Shown piece after piece: positions 37,358-41,631 of a DNA stretch of 41,631 nt (position 1 is its first letter; every line of letters starts with the position of its first letter). The stretch is from contig NW_021835514.1 of NCBI RefSeq assembly GCF_006345805.1, forward strand, positions 1-41,631. Reading direction: 5' to 3'. A model generated the notes under the pieces. The model worked only from the letters and a program-made list of their open reading frames with translations, was not told the DNA's origin and made no database searches. The stretch is from Octopus sinensis. Lineage: Eukaryota. The position numbers and the translations under genes are program-made.

Positions 37358-37853
37358 ATGATATGCATAAGATCTGGTCATCAAATCTTAGTAGAGACTT
37401 CAAACTTGAAATCTTCAAAGCCACAGTCGAACCAGTTCTATTATATGGCTCAGAAACCTGGACGTTATCAAAGAAGCTTGAGAAGCACTTAGATGGAACC
37501 TACACTCGCCTCATTATGAGAGCTCAAAATCTCTCATGGAAGCGTCATCCAACCAAAATGCAAATATATGGGAAACTACCACCTGTGTCATCTCTTGTGA
37601 AAGGTAGGAGAGTCCAGTTTGCTGGACATTGTTGTAGAGCTGAAAACGAGGCAATTTCTACTCTTCTCCTCTGGAAGACATCTACTCGCGATACCAGAGG
37701 GCGCACACTCTCCTACCCTGATGTAATCTCCAGGGATACAGGCTGGATGCAACAGGACATCCATAATGCTATGATGGACCGTGAAGTCTGGCGTAGCATG
37801 GAAAATTCCATTGTCTCGATCACGGTCGAACAATGATGATGATGATGATGATG
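37358..37853 (+). mobile_element. RTE-group (RTEX-like) LINE, 5'-truncated
   Basis: KIWSSNLSRDFKLEIFKATVEPVLLYGSETWTL..RRVQFAGHC..MMDREVWR..EQ*; (TGA)n tail; 8-bp TSD acgccgtt (37350-37357 and 37854-37861). Confidence 0.9.
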
Positions 37854-38074
37854 ACGCCGTTGACTGTTCACCAATACATGAAGCTGTTCCAGGAGACGTA
37901 GAAAATTGTCAGATTTAGCGCAAAACACCCTGTAATCCGGAGATCCGCCATATCTTGACTTAAACCAATCCGCTTCTACAACCGATAGCAGTTCAACCGT
38001 GACCAAGGCTTCTTCATTCAGATATTGTGTAGCTACGAACTACAAACACAGACACACAAACACACACACATATA

Positions 38075-38298
38075 CGAGCTGGCAGAACGTTAGCATGCCG
38101 GGCGAAATGCATAGCCGTATTTCGTCTGCAGTTACGTTCTGGGTTCAAATTCCGCCGAGGTCAACTTAGCCTGTCACCCTTTCGGGGTCGATAAATTAAG
38201 TACCATTTACATACTGGGGTCGATCTAATCGACTTAATCCGTTTGTATGTCCTTGTTTGTCCCCTCAGTGTTTAGCCCATTGTGGGTAGTAAAGAAAT
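38075..38298 (+). mobile_element. SINE family C monomer
   Basis: gagctggcagaacgttagc..ggttcaaattccgccgaggtc..gtagtaaagaaat. Confidence 0.9.
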
Positions 38299-38305
38299 AT
38301 ATATA

Positions 38306-38645
38306 CGAGGAGGTTTCTTTCAGTTTCCGTCTACCAAATCCGCTCACAAGGCTTTGGTCGGCCCGAGACTATAGTAGAAGACACTTGCCCAAGGTGCCAC
38401 GCAGTGGGACCGAACCCGGAACCATGTGGTTGGTAAGCAAGCTACTTCTACACCTGTATGTGTATCTTTGCGCTATTTATTTCCCAACAGCGATTGACGA
38501 CCGGCGTTGATTAGTTTGCGTCCTCATAACTTAGCGGTTCGGTATTAGAACGGACGTAGTAAGTACTGGAATCGATGTCTTAGATTAAACTCTCCAATAC
38601 GTTGCCCCAGCATGGCCGAAATGTAATGACTGACACAAGGAAAAG
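38306..38645. mobile_element. SINE family A 5' half (-, 38306-38450) abutting an old A-like 3' half (+, 38455-38645)
   Basis: Family motifs in opposite orientations. Confidence 0.7.
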
Positions 38646-38973
38646 ATAAAGGATAATAGACAAGAGGTTTAACGGGCGCACGCATACCCACACGCACGGA
38701 CACTCACGCACGCGCACACACGCACGGACACTCATGCACGCGCGCACACGCACGCGCGCACACGCACGCGCTCACGCGCATTCTCACGCACTCAATAACC
38801 AGAATGTTCTTTCTGTTTCCTTATTTGGTAGGGTGTGGCGTAGTTTGAGAGGGACTTGGCTGCTATTTTAACCATGTCGAGTGATCAAATAGCGACAATG
38901 TCGTTGGCTCGGGTCAAGAGTAGTAGCCATTGTACAGCCAACGGTATGGCGTCGTGAATGGTCACGAGTATAG

Positions 38974-39033
<60 letters not shown>

Positions 39034-39374
39034 AGAAAGTAAGAGAGAGTAAACTAGTGCAGAAGTTAAGAGGGTAGACATTTTGTCCTCGGGGTCGGTC
39101 AGCGATGACGTTGAGAGTGAATTGAGTGTCAAGAGTTGTATGCACTGAAGTCACCGAAGATGATGAGAACTTGAGAGAGAGAGGTGGGGGGAGGGGTGAT
39201 GGTTGGTTTGTGATCAATTCAATGAAGAAGCCCTTACATGATGTCTCAACCTGCCAGAAATAGCAGCCAAAATATCCCTAAACCCACACACAACCTCTTT
39301 GAATATCAGAAATGGTGATGGTCGTGGTGGTGTTGGTTTTGATGGTAGTGTTGGTTTTGATGGTGGTGGCGGTA

Positions 39375-39433
<59 letters not shown>

Positions 39434-39477
39434 ATGGTTGGCGGTTGCGGTATAGATGGTGGCGGCGTTGTGTTACT

Positions 39478-39612
39478 GTGGAGGCGCGTGGCTTAGTGGT
39501 TAGAGTATTGAACTCTTGATCGTAAGATTGTGGTTTCGATTCCTGAACTGGGCGATGCGTTGTATTCTTGAACAAAACACCTTGTTTCACGTTGCTCCAA
39601 CCCACTCACCTG
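39478..39612 (+). mobile_element. tRNA-derived SINE head related to family B
   Basis: gtggaggcgcgtggcttagtggttag..ggtttcgattcc. Confidence 0.65.
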
Positions 39613-40046
39613 GCGTCCCACCATTGCTGTGCTCTACAGTGAGCCCATGACCCTTTACAGGGCATCATCCGACACTGATAGGATGGAGCGGGTAATATAT
39701 CCTCAAACCAGAAGCCTGGCCAGAATGCTTACAACAAAGTGGGGCTTCGATAAAAGCAATCAAGCTTCTACGTTACAGTGTTGTTAAACTGGGCAACAGG
39801 TTGTGTTCCCACCTAAATACACCTTGGCGAATTTGGATTCTCAACTCAGACCCGGACAAAATACTGCCGATCTAGCTAAACTGATTCACATAACCACCCC
39901 CCTTTAATTTTGCTCAGATTGCTTCCAATTCTGGTGTATCGATGCAACTCTGAATTCTGATTACGATCAACCAATTACTTTATCTCGTAAATTAAAGAAT
40001 CTGATGTTATTTGGAATTAAAGTAGGGAAAATTTGGGGAATTTTAG

Positions 40047-40092
40047 CCAATCAACAGACAGCAACAGCTTGTTTCCATGACAACCGCACGTG
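40047..40092 (+). promoter_or_regulatory. CCAAT box + RFX X-box + E-box cluster (candidate)
   Basis: agCCAATc 40047-40051; GTTTCCATGACAAC 40071-40084 fits RYYNYY-WW-RRNRAC; CACGTG 40087-40092. Motif match only. Confidence 0.25.
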
Positions 40093-40599
40093 TCGTGTTT
40101 CACATCACCCGTACGCTGTGTTGTGTTGATTGTTCACACAACGAGAGTTACATCGGCCGCGTGTTTTGTTTTAATAAAAATTTATTTTTATCAATTAAAA
40201 TTTTATAGGAGATCGTTATCTTAATATATTACATGTTTTCCATATATTTTTCATATATATTATACATATATTTCGTGAAGTTTTTCTGTGTCTACATTCG
40301 TTCGAACGAATGCCTTTCAGTTTAAACCTAGGTCAGACCAGAATGAGTCATTCTGTATTTTTATTGAAGATGTAGGACAACATTATTTCATGTGTCCTTC
40401 ATTTCTAGAATGTGCGAGCATAATAAGCATAGTGCGAGGGAGATTTAGCTGTTATTTCTAGCAAATTCTTTTCTTGAGACTTTTTATCACATTTAAGAAT
40501 ATAAACACGTTTTTAAGTACAACACACACGGAGTAAAAAACAAACCACTAACTTATATCAGCACACCAGGGTCGGCACTGCGTGAACGACAGTGCCCTC

Positions 40600-41180
40600 T
40601 CTCCCTAGCGTGCAGCTTCCTATCTTGAGACAAGTTCCTCTGTTGTAGTCCTTAAACACAATGTCTGGTCGATTGGAGTCAATTTTTCTGTTTGTACAGG
40701 GAAGTTGCAAAGAGTGAGTACGCCCTCGCCATTTACTACACCCTCTGGATGGTGCCTGCACCACTTATCATGGGATTTAATTTTGTAGTATTTACAAGCA
40801 TTCCAGTGGATGTACTGCCCTAGTCTGTCATGTCTTATGAGGTACTCTTTTTCAGCGAGGACTGGGCAGCCAGAAACAACATGATCAATTGTCTCTAAAT
40901 TTTCCGCAATTTCTGCACGAGGGGTCCGATCCACATTTAAGGACGTTTGCTTGGTAGTTTCTGATAGGTAAGCTCAGATCTTGCGCTGCAATAACAAAAC
41001 CTTCTGTTTCCCCTTTCAGACCTATCCCTTCTAGCCATTGGTGTCTTAGATTTTTATCAATTCTGGCTTGGACAGGCGGTTAGGGTATTTTCCATGCAAG
41101 AGTTGTCTTCTTTCCAGTTGTCTTCTTTGCTTTTTGTTTGATGTTTTTTGCATCAATGATAGGTTTGTCAATATTTGGAT
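40600..41180 (-). mobile_element. R4/Dong-type LINE internal fragment (more diverged lineage)
   Basis: LHGKYP..HQWLEGIGLKGETEGFVIAAQDLSLPIRNY..CRNCG..ETIDHVVSGCPVLAEKEYLIRHDRLGQYIHW..SNRPDIVFKD. Confidence 0.88.
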
Positions 41181-41187
41181 CTCTTAG

Positions 41188-41519
41188 AGCGACGAGCTGG
41201 CAGAATTGTTAGCACGCCGGACGAAATGCTTAGCGGTATTTCGTCTGCCGTTACGTTCTGAGTTCAAAATCCACCGAGGTCGACTTTGCCTTTCATCCTT
41301 TCGAGGTTTATAAATTAAGTACCAGTTACGCACTGGAGTTGATATAATTGATTTAATCCGTTTGTCTGTCCTTGTTCGTCCTCTCTGTGTTTAGCCCCTT
41401 GTGGGTAGTAAAGAAATAAGTATTTCGTCTGCCGTTACGTTCTGAGTTCAAATTCCGCCGTGGTCGACTTTGCCTTTCAATCTTTCGGGGTCTATAAATT
41501 AAGTACCAGTTACGCACTG
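41188..41519 (+). mobile_element. SINE family C dimer (second unit partial)
   Basis: Restart at aagaaataag|tatttcgtc (about 41420), the same junction as in the 14717-15492 array. Confidence 0.88.
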
Positions 41520-41631
41520 AGGACGTCTCTCGTTGGAAGTGCTTTGCTGCGCCTCTGTTTTGTTTTGTTTGACAACGTAATTCTGGTTTTTCTGAAGAGA
41601 AAGCTGCAATATGGTATCCTTATTTAATCAG

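Larger units (their letters stand above)
36182..37932 (-). mobile_element. Internally deleted maT/DD37D-like Tc1-mariner element containing a SINE and a LINE
   Basis: N-terminus KPSEYWKRVT..QNADI..QCSVNTLKAVRRD. C-terminus IFEQDLRLNSEG..ERVAAERPFVWQQGSATYHT..FWPAKSSDYNSMDY..CARFWSRLEAASEAEGSYLE* (stop about 36295). Degenerate TIRs ta-cagggtgttttgcgctaaatctgacaattt and cagagtctttgggttgcatttgacagttt. The subfamily call is from motif recall. Confidence 0.7.

Noticed and set aside
39740-39810. LRYSVVKLGNRL, faintly like a CR1 C-terminus
   Set aside because: Too short and degenerate to support a call.

Overview
Eukaryotic, AT-rich, almost entirely repetitive and non-genic DNA. The SINE, LINE and microsatellite inventory suggests an octopod cephalopod (inference, no search run). 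No host gene can be called; at most there are one or two short candidate exons. Nearly all ORF-track entries are microsatellite read-through or transposon remnants. Recognisable content: three tRNA-derived SINE families (about 20 copies); three R4/Dong-type RLE LINE fragments; RTE-BovB, RTEX-like and CR1/L2-like LINE 3' ends; a decayed full-length mariner carrying three nested insertions; an internally deleted maT (DD37D)-like element; several MITEs; three Helitrons; and Penelope-like remnants. The most unusual items are: (1) an intron-containing tRNA-Ile(TAT) fused to a SINE inside one target-site duplication; (2) a family of (TA)n-embedded AT-rich inserts carrying degenerate minimal hammerhead-ribozyme motifs and long fold-back palindromes; (3) a 9 x 157-bp tandem array built from Penelope coding sequence; (4) a twin-priming-type 5' inversion in an RTE LINE; (5) a Dong insertion whose 5' junction carries a copy of downstream flank. 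All alignments and folds were done by eye. Family names come from motif recall, and some element ends are approximate.
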